A DNA stretch of 64,000 nucleotides from Gammaproteobacteria bacterium (GTDB taxonomy: Bacteria > Pseudomonadota > Gammaproteobacteria > HyVt-429), in NCBI GenBank assembly GCA_013152415.1, contig JAADGI010000034.1, positions 13,364 through 77,363 of the forward strand, read 5' to 3'. This document shows positions 19,712 to 30,536 of the stretch, in pieces. The notes below the pieces were generated by a model. That model searched no databases, was not told the DNA's origin, and saw only the letters and a list, made by a program, of their open reading frames with translations. The position numbers were made by a program, and so were the translations under genes. Numbering within the stretch: position 1 is the stretch's first letter; each line of letters begins with the position of its first letter.

Positions 19712-20410
19712 TCAACTTAAGCTATCACCATGATAGCTAACGCTTGATCCACCTGATTGTTTTGCCCTGACCATGGCGTGGTCTGCAAAGCTTAGTAGCT
19801 CATATATCTTCTTTGAGTCATCAGGATAGAGACTCACGCCCACATTGGCCTGCACAGATACCTGTTTATCGTCAATCATGTGTGGCTCGGAGAGTCCAGT
19901 GAGAATTTTATTGGCGATATTTGTAATCACTTCTTTATCTGATATTTTATTCAATACCACTACAAATTCATCACCACCAATTCTAGCCGCAAGATCAGAT
20001 TTACGAATGGCCTTCTGAAGACGTGCCGCTGTTTCGATCAGCACCTGATCACCCGCTTCCTGGCCAAGATCATCATTGAGGCCTTTGAAACGCTTCAGAT
20101 CAATAAATAACACCGCCAGAATATTCGACTCACGGGCAGCAATCCCCATCATCAGGCCAAGCTGTTCTCTTAGGAGGCTACGGTTTGCCAAACCTGTAAG
20201 AAAATCATGGCTTACCAACTTTACAAGCTGGGCATTGGCTGCCTGCAGCTGACGGTCCCGTTTGGCGACCTCAACTTCCAAATCAGCATTGGTTCGTCTG
20301 ATGGTTTCGATGGTAACTGTACTACGTCGAACCATCAGAAAAGCCACCAAACCCACCGTAACCAGGGCCAGGCCACCAAGTGCAATAAAAATCGGGTTAG
20401 CGTCTGTCAT
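19712..20410 (-). CDS. Membrane-anchored diguanylate cyclase (GGDEF)
   Basis: N-terminal TM helix, coiled coil, DFLTGLANR and intact RIGGDEF. Confidence 0.85.
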   Translation of the reverse strand: MTDANPIFIALGGLALVTVGLVAFLMVRRSTVTIETIRRTNADLEVEVAKRDRQLQAANAQLVKLVSHDFLTGLANRSLLREQLGLMMGIAARESNILAVLFIDLKRFKGLNDDLGQEAGDQVLIETAARLQKAIRKSDLAARIGGDEFVVVLNKISDKEVITNIANKILTGLSEPHMIDDKQVSVQANVGVSLYPDDSKKIYELLSFADHAMVRAKQSGGSSVSYHGDSLS

Positions 20411-21065
20411 AGACGAGATGATGGGCGTATCGCGTCATCCTGTCCATAGCGAATGGACCGGTACAGCAAAATACCAAGTCTTTTCCCCTTAAACTTGCAA
20501 TTTGCCATCCACAGGGTAGTTACTTGAGTTCCTGCAAACGCCTAAGTATCTGTAAGTTATTTGATTTTTAGCAACATCCGGGGCGCGGTACGGCTGCATG
20601 AAAACTTGGATATATTATAACATAGTGGCCAGGCTCCCGCTGTTGTGTTTATTTTGGGCCTAATTCAAAATACGCCTCCACTAAGCTGCGCCCATACAGG
20701 CACATTTGAAATACAAAGCATCTACCCGTTTTTAGCTTGGGTTTTACACAGCCCGAGCCAGGCTTTGGATTGGCAATCAACCCAATCTTCGCTGACCCAA
20801 GAAAACAAGCCTTCAAGCTTTATCCCATTTGGGCAATGGATATACGATAAAATCGGTGTAATGAGTTGTAATTAAAGGGCTTTTTTTAACCACACCCTTA
20901 CCCGGTCCCGGCATTCTGTACAACGTGGGCCCTACACTCCCCAAAAAAGGGGGCCACTGTAAATAACATTCATGTATTTATGCTGTAGCACAGTATAATT
21001 TCTACTTAACAGTGATTCCAACTCTGCATATAATCCGGGTCTTCCCGTAAACAACACACTGAACC

Positions 21066-21815
21066 GTGAGGCGTGTTGTGCGAGAATACCCAAATACCAT
21101 GCCTAATGACAAGAAGTGTATGTTAAACAATTCTGACAAATTATCGCTTACCAGCGAACTTCAACATAGCTACTTATTTGCTGGCGTGGATGATGCTCAA
21201 TTGCGCAGAGTCGTCGAATCAAGTTCTGTATTGACCCTGGCTGACGGGGAACAATTGTTTGCCCGAAATGACCCAGCCAAGCACTTTTTTCAAGTAAGGA
21301 GCGGCCAATTCAAACTTTTTCGCCTTTCCAAAAATGGTATTGAAAAAGTGATTCATGTCATTGGCCCCGGAGAGACATTTGCCGAGGCCATCATGTTTAT
21401 GGAACACCATTCTTACCCAGTCACCGCAGAGGCATTGACAAAGAGCGAAGTCATTGCCTTTGAGAGCAAGGTGTTTATAGAAATATTGCGTGAAAGTGTT
21501 GATACTTGCTTTCGGGTCATGTCAGATATGAGTATGCGACTCAAAATGCGATTGGACGATATCGATGCCCTTTCCCTACAAAATGCAACCTTACGGTTTG
21601 TCACCTACCTACTGCAGCAGTTGCCCGAAGACTCCAATGATCCATCAGACATTCACCTCACCTTGCCGAAATCTGTTGTCGCCTCACGCCTGTCCATTCA
21701 GCCCGAATCGTTCTCCAGAATATTACATAACCTGATCAAACAGGGTCTGATTAACGTCGATGGACCCGCTATTCATATCAACGATTTGAAGGGTTTGCGA
21801 AGCTTTAACGGCTAG
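21066..21815 (+). CDS. CRP/FNR-family regulator, Dnr/NnrR-like (no N-terminal Cys cluster)
   Basis: cNMP-binding-like barrel and C-terminal HTH with the E--SR recognition motif (QPESFSRIL). Only one N-terminal Cys. The true start may be the ATG at 21099. Confidence 0.85.
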   Translation: MRRVVREYPNTMPNDKKCMLNNSDKLSLTSELQHSYLFAGVDDAQLRRVVESSSVLTLADGEQLFARNDPAKHFFQVRSGQFKLFRLSKNGIEKVIHVIGPGETFAEAIMFMEHHSYPVTAEALTKSEVIAFESKVFIEILRESVDTCFRVMSDMSMRLKMRLDDIDALSLQNATLRFVTYLLQQLPEDSNDPSDIHLTLPKSVVASRLSIQPESFSRILHNLIKQGLINVDGPAIHINDLKGLRSFNG

Positions 21816-21827
21816 GCAACTGGCCCG

Positions 21828-23399
21828 TTAGTGACTGGTCCCTCGGGAACGGTTAATTTTGTTATATACATTATATTTTCCGGAAGGTTTGACCATCGGT
21901 ATCCGCGTAAGCTCTTTCAGGGTTTGTGCATCATAAACCACTAACTCACCCTCCATATCCCAGATACTCAACAGGGCATAACGCCCATCACGGGTAAACT
22001 CCACGTGAGCCGAGGTCTTTCCTGGCGATGGCCGCAGAGTTTTAACAATATTCAACGTGCGTTTATCAATAACATGGACCGCATCCCGATCAGGACCAAA
22101 AAATACGTCAGTCCAGGCATAGGGTGTATTTTCATGGCTGCGCATGAAAAACCCAGGGCCCAGGGTCTTGATGCGTTTAATTGTTTTCCAGTTGCGCATA
22201 TCGATAATGCTAATAAGCCCTTCCTTCAGGTTGGGTGTCGCCAGTACCGGTCTTCCCTGGTAATCCCAGGTGATCCCTGAACCCAAATGGGGCAGGCCGG
22301 GTAAATCAAGCTCTGCGGTCTTGCGGCCAACCACCAGATTAACCACCTGTCCTTGCTTGCTGTTCCTTGCAGTCCCGATCAAATGCTCATAGCTCTGATC
22401 AAAAAAGAAATCATCCAGATAATCATCCAACCGAATCCTGCGCACTGGAAAAGGCCCCTTCAATGCCAGTCCCTCACCCATGCGGTAGTCGTGGACCAGG
22501 CCCGGGTAAATTGGTTCGTGGTCATCGGTATAGGGGATTTCCCAAACCTCGGTAATATCTTTAAGCGCGACAATAAAACTCTTTCGTGGCGCCGCATCGT
22601 ATACGGCACTGACCCGTGAGGTCTTGCCATGCTCATCTATGACCGGAATAAGCTTGAGTAGAGAAAGATCTCGGGCGTCCAGGATGACTATGTTATGAGG
22701 AAGGTAGTTGCCCACCATGACATAACGCCCGTCACTGGAGACAGCTAGATTGCGCGTGTTGATTCCGGCACGTATCTCGACGACGGTCTTAAAATTGTAG
22801 AGATCAAATTTGCTAATCCAGCCATCACGTGAGCCAAAGTAAACGTATCGGCCCTGCGGTGAAAATTTAGGCCCCCCGTGCAGGGCAAAACGGCTCTGGA
22901 AACGATGTATGGGTTTGAACGTATCACCATCAAGGATGGTGACGTGATGGTCACCGGCCTCGACCACCACGAACAGATTCAGGGGATCGGCCTTAAAAAG
23001 CGGCGTACTGGAGAGTGCCGGTTTAAATTTATTGACTATGTGGGTCGCCTTGATCTGGGCCTCTCCCCATAGGGGGACCCGTGCCAGCGGCGTGTACACC
23101 AGATCAACCAGGGCGGCGGCCTGCTTTGCAGACAACTTGCCGGCAAAGGCCGGCATCTGTGTCGCCGCCCGGCCGTTAAGCACAACCTTAACAGCCTCAC
23201 TACGCCGTAGTCGCCGTAGATTTCCCGGCAACAGGGCTGGTCCGTTACCCCCCAGCCGCCCAGCGCCGTGACAGGAAGCGCAGTGCTCGCGGTACACCGA
23301 CGTAACACCAGCCGCTTGGGTAACTACGCCAAAGCACGCTAAAAATATCGTCACCACCAGGGCCACCCCAACCACCCTCTTGGGAACAACAACACTCAT
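21828..23399 (-). CDS. nirN: NirN, cytochrome cd1-like dihydro-haem d1 dehydrogenase
   Basis: Signal peptide, CASCHG haem c motif, cd1-type beta-propeller. Last gene of the nir cluster. Confidence 0.8.
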   Translation of the reverse strand: MSVVVPKRVVGVALVVTIFLACFGVVTQAAGVTSVYREHCASCHGAGRLGGNGPALLPGNLRRLRRSEAVKVVLNGRAATQMPAFAGKLSAKQAAALVDLVYTPLARVPLWGEAQIKATHIVNKFKPALSSTPLFKADPLNLFVVVEAGDHHVTILDGDTFKPIHRFQSRFALHGGPKFSPQGRYVYFGSRDGWISKFDLYNFKTVVEIRAGINTRNLAVSSDGRYVMVGNYLPHNIVILDARDLSLLKLIPVIDEHGKTSRVSAVYDAAPRKSFIVALKDITEVWEIPYTDDHEPIYPGLVHDYRMGEGLALKGPFPVRRIRLDDYLDDFFFDQSYEHLIGTARNSKQGQVVNLVVGRKTAELDLPGLPHLGSGITWDYQGRPVLATPNLKEGLISIIDMRNWKTIKRIKTLGPGFFMRSHENTPYAWTDVFFGPDRDAVHVIDKRTLNIVKTLRPSPGKTSAHVEFTRDGRYALLSIWDMEGELVVYDAQTLKELTRIPMVKPSGKYNVYNKINRSRGTSH

Positions 23400-24622
23400 T
23401 ATCCCACCTTATGTGCCGCATGCCCTTTAGCGTCATTCTCAGGCCGGGAATAGGGTCTCACTGCAAGCCTCTCACCAGTACCGCTAACACCAATTTCCTC
23501 ATCATCCAGATAACAGGCCGGGTCTTCTGCCCAAAAATCACCCGTAAGCTGGTAGGCGCGCACCCGTGTATTTCCATTGCAGATACGGGAATACTCACAT
23601 GCACCACAACGGCCACCCAGTGGGCGTGGTTTCGCCTTCAGCCCCGCCATGAGCGGGTCGGAAGTATCCTGCCAGACATCCGAGAACCGCTGCTCACGTA
23701 CATTCCCCAGGGGGTAGTCCCACCAAAAGGTATCGGGATGAATATTCCCCAGATTGTCGATATTAGCAATATTGACCCCCGAGGCATTCCCCCCCCACTG
23801 TATCAGCTTGGCCCGCATGCGTTTCAGGCTATCGGGAAAGCGATCAGCAATCCACTTTAGCAGATAGACCCCATCGGCGTCGTTGTTGCCAGTAACAAAC
23901 TCCCGCTTCAGCCCCTGTTGCTCTGACTGCCAACTGGTTTCAAATAAGAGATTCATCGCCTGGCGGGTTATCTTTAAGACAACATCATCTTTGCGATTTT
24001 TATTGCCTCGGCCAGCGTAATTTAGATGCGAAAGATAAAACTTGTCTATTCCCTCCCTTTCAGCAAGCTGTAACAAATCTGACAACTCGTTAGCATTGTC
24101 CTGAGTCAAAGTAAAACGCATACCAATCTTCAGATTACGCTCACGACAAAGACGAAGTGCATGCAAGGAGGCATCGAATGCCCCTTGTTTTCGTCGAAAG
24201 TCATCGTGGGTTTCACGTAGACCATCAATACTGATACCCACATAATCATACTCGGCATCAGCGATTTGACTAATGTTGGATTCATCGATCAGCGTCCCGT
24301 TAGTAGAAAGCCCAACGTAAAAACCCATTTCTTTGGCACGCCGGGATATGTCAAAAATATCCGGCCTTAACAGAGGCTCACCTCCAGACAAAATAATCGC
24401 CGGAACTTTGAAGGCTTTCAAGTCATCGAGAACGCTAAATACCTCCTCCGTACTTAACTCTCCCACAAAATCCTTGTCGGCAGAAACAGAGTAACAGTGC
24501 TTGCAAGTCAGGTTGCAGCGACGTATCAGGTTCCAGATAACGACCGGACCCGGTGGCTGGCGGCGAAGACCCAAGGGAGTGGGGTGGGCCAGTTCATGCA
24601 TAAATTGTGAAACACGAAACAT
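23399..24622 (-). CDS. nirJ: Radical SAM haem d1 biosynthesis protein NirJ
   Basis: CNLTCKHCY (CxxxCxxC), a C-terminal auxiliary Cys cluster, and position after nirH. Confidence 0.9.
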   Translation of the reverse strand: MFRVSQFMHELAHPTPLGLRRQPPGPVVIWNLIRRCNLTCKHCYSVSADKDFVGELSTEEVFSVLDDLKAFKVPAIILSGGEPLLRPDIFDISRRAKEMGFYVGLSTNGTLIDESNISQIADAEYDYVGISIDGLRETHDDFRRKQGAFDASLHALRLCRERNLKIGMRFTLTQDNANELSDLLQLAEREGIDKFYLSHLNYAGRGNKNRKDDVVLKITRQAMNLLFETSWQSEQQGLKREFVTGNNDADGVYLLKWIADRFPDSLKRMRAKLIQWGGNASGVNIANIDNLGNIHPDTFWWDYPLGNVREQRFSDVWQDTSDPLMAGLKAKPRPLGGRCGACEYSRICNGNTRVRAYQLTGDFWAEDPACYLDDEEIGVSGTGERLAVRPYSRPENDAKGHAAHKVG

Positions 24623-24659
24623 CTTTTCTCTCTTTAATTTGGTGCGCTGTATGTCCAGA

Positions 24660-25190
24660 TTATTTCAATCGTATACCCGTTTTTTTAAGGATACGTGTAC
24701 TGTATAGCACATCGTTCGCACGACAATCTGCTCCAAGAATATGGCTGATCTCCTCAATTTTTTTCTCAACCTCGGGATGGCTTTGACCATGCACCATGAC
24801 AAAAAAATTATAAGGCCATTCAGGTAGATAGCGTGGACGTCGATAACAATGGCTGACAAAATCAAGGCGACCAATCTGGTGACCCAGGGCATCAACCTGT
24901 TCGTCCACAACATCCCAGACCGCCATACCATTAGCTTTATAACCCAAGGCAAAATGGTTTGGGATCGCACCGATACGTCGAATGGCACCTGAGCGTTGCA
25001 TGGCACGAATACGCTCCATAACCACCTCGGCAGACAGACCAAGTTTTATAGCCACAGCGTGATAGGGTTTCGACACCAACGGTAGCCCACCCTGCGTCTC
25101 GACAATAATGGCTCGATCTACAGGATCAACAAAAGAACTGTCGTCTGATTCGCCACACAGATCTTCTACTACTGAAATACTTGCAACCAC
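24660..25190 (-). CDS. nirH: Sirohaem decarboxylase subunit NirH (AsnC/Lrp-like)
   Basis: GTG start with AAGGTGA RBS. Lrp/AsnC-like fold. Assigned by order in nirDLGH. Confidence 0.75.
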   Translation of the reverse strand: MVASISVVEDLCGESDDSSFVDPVDRAIIVETQGGLPLVSKPYHAVAIKLGLSAEVVMERIRAMQRSGAIRRIGAIPNHFALGYKANGMAVWDVVDEQVDALGHQIGRLDFVSHCYRRPRYLPEWPYNFFVMVHGQSHPEVEKKIEEISHILGADCRANDVLYSTRILKKTGIRLK

Positions 25191-25249
25191 GTTATCTTCT
25201 CACCTTTGTATAAAATTTAATGCGTACGCCATTCTCTTGTTGGAAAGAG

Positions 25250-25287
25250 ATGCCTTTAAAAATATACCCTCGAAATTTTAAAGGCAT
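25250..25287. repeat. 12-bp perfect inverted repeat inside the AT-rich nirG-nirH spacer
   Basis: ATGCCTTTAAAA-N14-TTTTAAAGGCAT. Confidence 0.6.
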
Positions 25288-25394
25288 TATATAGCCGTAC
25301 AAATTTTCACTTTCTTTACTTTTGGCCTTCAAAAGTAACCGTAACGAAAGGTGCTTCCTGATGCAATGTAAATTTCCAACTAAATTAAACTTCC

Positions 25395-25841
25395 TTAAAC
25401 CTTGAATTTTAAACCCACAAAATATTCCCGCTCCTTGGGCATATTGTAAACGATAAACCCGGTTCTCTGTTCTATACCCGCAATCACATCATCTATCGCT
25501 GCTAAGGTTTCTGCAGCAATAACAAACCAGATGTTAAATTCGTGTGTACGCTCGTAGTTGTGCGCAACTTCGGGAAAACCGTTTATAACCCTTATTACCG
25601 AATGTAAATAGGATTTTGGTATCTTCATTGCCGCCAGCGTCACACAACCCCCCATCCGTTCAGTATGGAACAAGGGGCCAAATCGATTCAGCACCCCCTC
25701 ATCAAGCAATGCTTGCAGGCGCGTGGTGAGTTCAGATTCTGTCAAACTCAACATACCGGCAACCTTAGCAAAGGGCTGATCACAAACAGGAAAGCCTTCC
25801 TGTAGCGTATTGATGATTGCTCGATCCACGGTGTCCATCAT
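25395..25841 (-). CDS. nirG: Sirohaem decarboxylase subunit NirG (AsnC/Lrp-like)
   Basis: 148-aa Lrp/AsnC-like protein, assigned by order. Confidence 0.75.
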   Translation of the reverse strand: MMDTVDRAIINTLQEGFPVCDQPFAKVAGMLSLTESELTTRLQALLDEGVLNRFGPLFHTERMGGCVTLAAMKIPKSYLHSVIRVINGFPEVAHNYERTHEFNIWFVIAAETLAAIDDVIAGIEQRTGFIVYNMPKEREYFVGLKFKV

Positions 25842-26408
25842 TCAGTTCCCCACCCTGGCCGTTGGACAGAGATCAACAGCCCTTTCCGCCTCCACATACT
25901 GGTAAACGGCCCCCCTCTGCTTAAATCGACGACCACTAAAAAGCACTTCATGTGGAAATATTTTCAAATCACACGACCTGATCAGGTGATCTATATTATC
26001 CAATACCCGTTGTTGCTCACGACCATGGATCATGCAGTACAGATTATAAGGCCACTCGGGTAACTGCCGGGCCCGCCTGTAACAAAGTGTGACAAAACTG
26101 AATGTGCCCATTTTTTGACCCACATCAGCAACCTGGTTGTCCGGTATATCCCACACCACCATTGCATTTGCCCGGTACCCCAGTTCGTGGTGACGTACAA
26201 TTACGCCAAAACGCTTGATAGTAAGATTTTGACGAAGACGCTGCACAATTGCCACCACCTCGGCTTCGTCTAGTCCAACACGAGATGCAATCACAGCATA
26301 AGGCCGTGAAGTAATGGGCAGGCCATGCTGGAGTTCAGTGACAACCCTCTTTTCTTTGTCACCCATTGCCTCTGTTGATAGGGATAAAATATCTCTGGCG
26401 GTATTCAT
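25842..26408 (-). CDS. nirL: Sirohaem decarboxylase subunit NirL (AsnC/Lrp-like)
   Basis: 188-aa Lrp/AsnC-like protein that abuts nirG and overlaps nirD. Confidence 0.75.
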   Translation of the reverse strand: MNTARDILSLSTEAMGDKEKRVVTELQHGLPITSRPYAVIASRVGLDEAEVVAIVQRLRQNLTIKRFGVIVRHHELGYRANAMVVWDIPDNQVADVGQKMGTFSFVTLCYRRARQLPEWPYNLYCMIHGREQQRVLDNIDHLIRSCDLKIFPHEVLFSGRRFKQRGAVYQYVEAERAVDLCPTARVGN

Positions 26409-26926
26409 TTTTTCTGATCCAAACCCAGTTCAAAACCAAGATCAATGTGATAACTTTCTAACATAGGCAACGACAAAACCGGAAACCCACTCTCCTGCTC
26501 AATGTCGCGCAACACACTCTCAAGCTGCTCATCATCAGGCGCAGTAACAACAAACCATAGATTGTAATGGTGCGTACGCTCATAATTATGATTAACAGAT
26601 ACATAACTGCTGACCAGGTGGGCCACTTCCTGTAACTGTGCCGCCGGCACTGCCATGGTGGCGAGTGTACTGGTACCGATACGCTGTGGTTCAAATACCG
26701 CTCCGATACGACTTACCGTCCCCATTTTTTTTAGTTTTTGCAAAACATCAAGGACATCCTGCTCTGTAACACCCAGTTCCTGGGCGATACTGGCATAGGG
26801 GGTCGATGTGCCGGGAAAATCATGCTGAAAATTATTAAGCAACTGTTTCTCGATATTGCTCAATTCGGGAAAATGAGGGCCAGACGATGAACCACAAATT
26901 GAGTAAGTCTGGTTTTGTGTCTTCAT
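26405..26926 (-). CDS. nirD: Sirohaem decarboxylase subunit NirD (AsnC/Lrp-like)
   Basis: 173-aa Lrp/AsnC-like protein, first of four paralogous genes after nirF. Confidence 0.75.
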   Translation of the reverse strand: MKTQNQTYSICGSSSGPHFPELSNIEKQLLNNFQHDFPGTSTPYASIAQELGVTEQDVLDVLQKLKKMGTVSRIGAVFEPQRIGTSTLATMAVPAAQLQEVAHLVSSYVSVNHNYERTHHYNLWFVVTAPDDEQLESVLRDIEQESGFPVLSLPMLESYHIDLGFELGLDQKK

Positions 26927-26961
26927 TTTATACAGCCCCTTTCCAGTTCATCTGTATCCGG

Positions 26962-28155
26962 CTACAAGCCGATTTTGGTTGCCCTGGATGTGAAAAAGAT
27001 ACCGCTGGGCTTGTCTGCAGGGATTGAAGCAAGCCGTTGAAATGATACGGTATCGTAGATATCCACCCGATCTTCGTCACGAACCGAGATCCAGATCTTT
27101 TTCTCTTGCGATTGAAAGGCCATGTGCAGCACGGCTTTGCCCGGCACTAACTCACGTACGACCTTACGCGTTTCCGCATCAATCACCTGTACCGTATCAT
27201 TACGCGGATAGGCAAAATTGACCCAGACCTGTCGACCGTCTGGGCTGGCCATAACAAAAACGGGTTGGCCATGCACCGGGATTCGTGCAACCTCTTGCCA
27301 ATTGGACCGATCTACCACCAGGACGGTATGAGCCCCTACCGCAGGAACAAAAAGATAGTTACCCGCCTCAGCCCAGCCCTCAAGGTGGGGCATTTTGTAG
27401 ACGGGAAGCTTGCGTTCCCCTTTCCCGTATCCAGCCAGAATACGTTGAACACCGTTGTCGAGATTATCCAGATCTAATAATGCCAGGCCATCTTCACCAA
27501 ACAGTCCTGCGATATAGTAGCGGCCATCTGGAGTAATCAGGGCATCGTAAGGCTGACGACCGACGTTATGGAATTTACGAATACGCGGCTTGTCTGGATT
27601 ACGGATATCCGCTACCCAGATTTCGTCACCATCAAACAGGGTAAAAATAAATCGAGAACCCGGCGCATCCACCAGACCCACGACCCTCGATAGTGAGCCG
27701 TTAGCCATAGTCGCCGGAATATCGGCAACCAGCTTCAGTGTTTCTGATTCAAATATCCGCACACCACCCGGTTTGTAGTTCGACGCAGCAACCCAGCGGC
27801 CATCTTTCGAAATTGCCCCGCCGATACTATTGCCCGCCTGCAGCACACGCGAGACCACACCCTGGCGTAACATATCAATCTTGGTCAAACCACCATCACG
27901 CCCAAAGACATAGGCATAGCGTTGATCCGGGGAATACACCACCGAAGCATGTGACAAGTCTCCCAAACCACCGACCCTGGCCAATTCCTTGTGTTGTTTG
28001 ATATCGACCACCAGGACACTGCCCTTCGCCCGCTCAATAACAATGCCCAGGTCGTTAACATCAGGGGTGACGACACAAGCGCTGAGCAATAAAGGTGCCA
28101 TGACCGCGACGACAAAGGCCAACATCCTGACGATAGACCTGCTAGCGCTCGTCAC
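26962..28155 (-). CDS. nirF: NirF, haem d1 biosynthesis/binding beta-propeller protein
   Basis: Lipobox LLLSAC, cd1-like propeller without a haem c motif, position between nirC and nirD. Confidence 0.8.
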   Translation of the reverse strand: MTSASRSIVRMLAFVVAVMAPLLLSACVVTPDVNDLGIVIERAKGSVLVVDIKQHKELARVGGLGDLSHASVVYSPDQRYAYVFGRDGGLTKIDMLRQGVVSRVLQAGNSIGGAISKDGRWVAASNYKPGGVRIFESETLKLVADIPATMANGSLSRVVGLVDAPGSRFIFTLFDGDEIWVADIRNPDKPRIRKFHNVGRQPYDALITPDGRYYIAGLFGEDGLALLDLDNLDNGVQRILAGYGKGERKLPVYKMPHLEGWAEAGNYLFVPAVGAHTVLVVDRSNWQEVARIPVHGQPVFVMASPDGRQVWVNFAYPRNDTVQVIDAETRKVVRELVPGKAVLHMAFQSQEKKIWISVRDEDRVDIYDTVSFQRLASIPADKPSGIFFTSRATKIGL

Positions 28156-28507
28156 TGCCTTTGCCCTCTATTAAAACGCCTACAAGCCACGTCGCCTCCG
28201 CTTCAGAGAGTATCCCCTTCCAGGGTGGCATGGGTGTACCCGGCCGCCCATCAAGGATGGTGCGTAAGAGATAGGATTTTGCTTTACCGGCCAGTGCCTC
28301 AATGGTGAGCGCTGGGCCAAGCCCCCCCTTCAAACTCATCCCATGACAGGAACCACAATCGTGTTTGAGTAGGTGGCGTAATTCTTTCTGACGGGATTGA
28401 TCCGGCATGCCTGCCACGGCAAATAATCCATGGCTCAGCAATAAACTGAACATCACCACGCTCTTGAGCACATAAACCTTCCAACTACTGACCCAATGCG
28501 TGTACAT
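28142..28507 (-). CDS. nirC: Monohaem cytochrome c NirC (c55X)
   Basis: Signal peptide, CGSCHG, about 100 aa mature. Immediately downstream of nirS. Confidence 0.8.
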   Translation of the reverse strand: MYTHWVSSWKVYVLKSVVMFSLLLSHGLFAVAGMPDQSRQKELRHLLKHDCGSCHGMSLKGGLGPALTIEALAGKAKSYLLRTILDGRPGTPMPPWKGILSEAEATWLVGVLIEGKGSDER

Positions 28508-28517
28508 ACCAGACCTT

Positions 28518-28550
28518 AAAAAAAGTAGGGGGCGAACAATATCGCCCCCT
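28518..28550 (-). terminator. Stem-loop plus T-run downstream of nirS (partial terminator/attenuator)
   Basis: Minus strand reads AGGGGGCGA-tattgt-TCGCCCCCT followed by ACTTTTTTTAA. Confidence 0.6.
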
Positions 28551-28566
28551 ATTTATCGCTACTTAT

Positions 28567-30306
<1,740 letters not shown>

Positions 30307-30372
30307 TCACTGTTTCCGATATTTGTTTGCTGTTGGGACCCACATTCTAGGAAGTATGTCTATTCACAGTCC

Positions 30373-30386
30373 TTGACCTATGTTAA
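30373..30386 (-). promoter_or_regulatory. FNR/DNR-type box of the nirS promoter
   Basis: TTGAC-CTAT-GTTAA. A TAGAAT -10 (reverse complement of 30344..30349) lies 33 bp from the box centre. 76 bp upstream of the nirS ATG. Confidence 0.55.
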
Positions 30387-30536
30387 GGATATTCCAGTAC
30401 CCGACAATAGTACTCAGGATTATTCCAAGTACATCTCCTTGGCCCACAATCGCATTGATTAAAATTTTTGAAAACCCATCTCTGAAGTTTTTTGCGAGAT
30501 GATAAAAATACCAACTGTACCTTTATTCACTTTTCT

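Noticed and set aside
20561-20574. FNR-like box TTGAT-TTTT-AGCAA in the 655-bp gap upstream of the dnr-type gene.
   Set aside because: One half-site is imperfect, there is no -10 at the class-II distance on either strand, and it is 500 bp from the regulator start. The 76-aa ORF at 20645..20875 nearby has a GTG start and no support.
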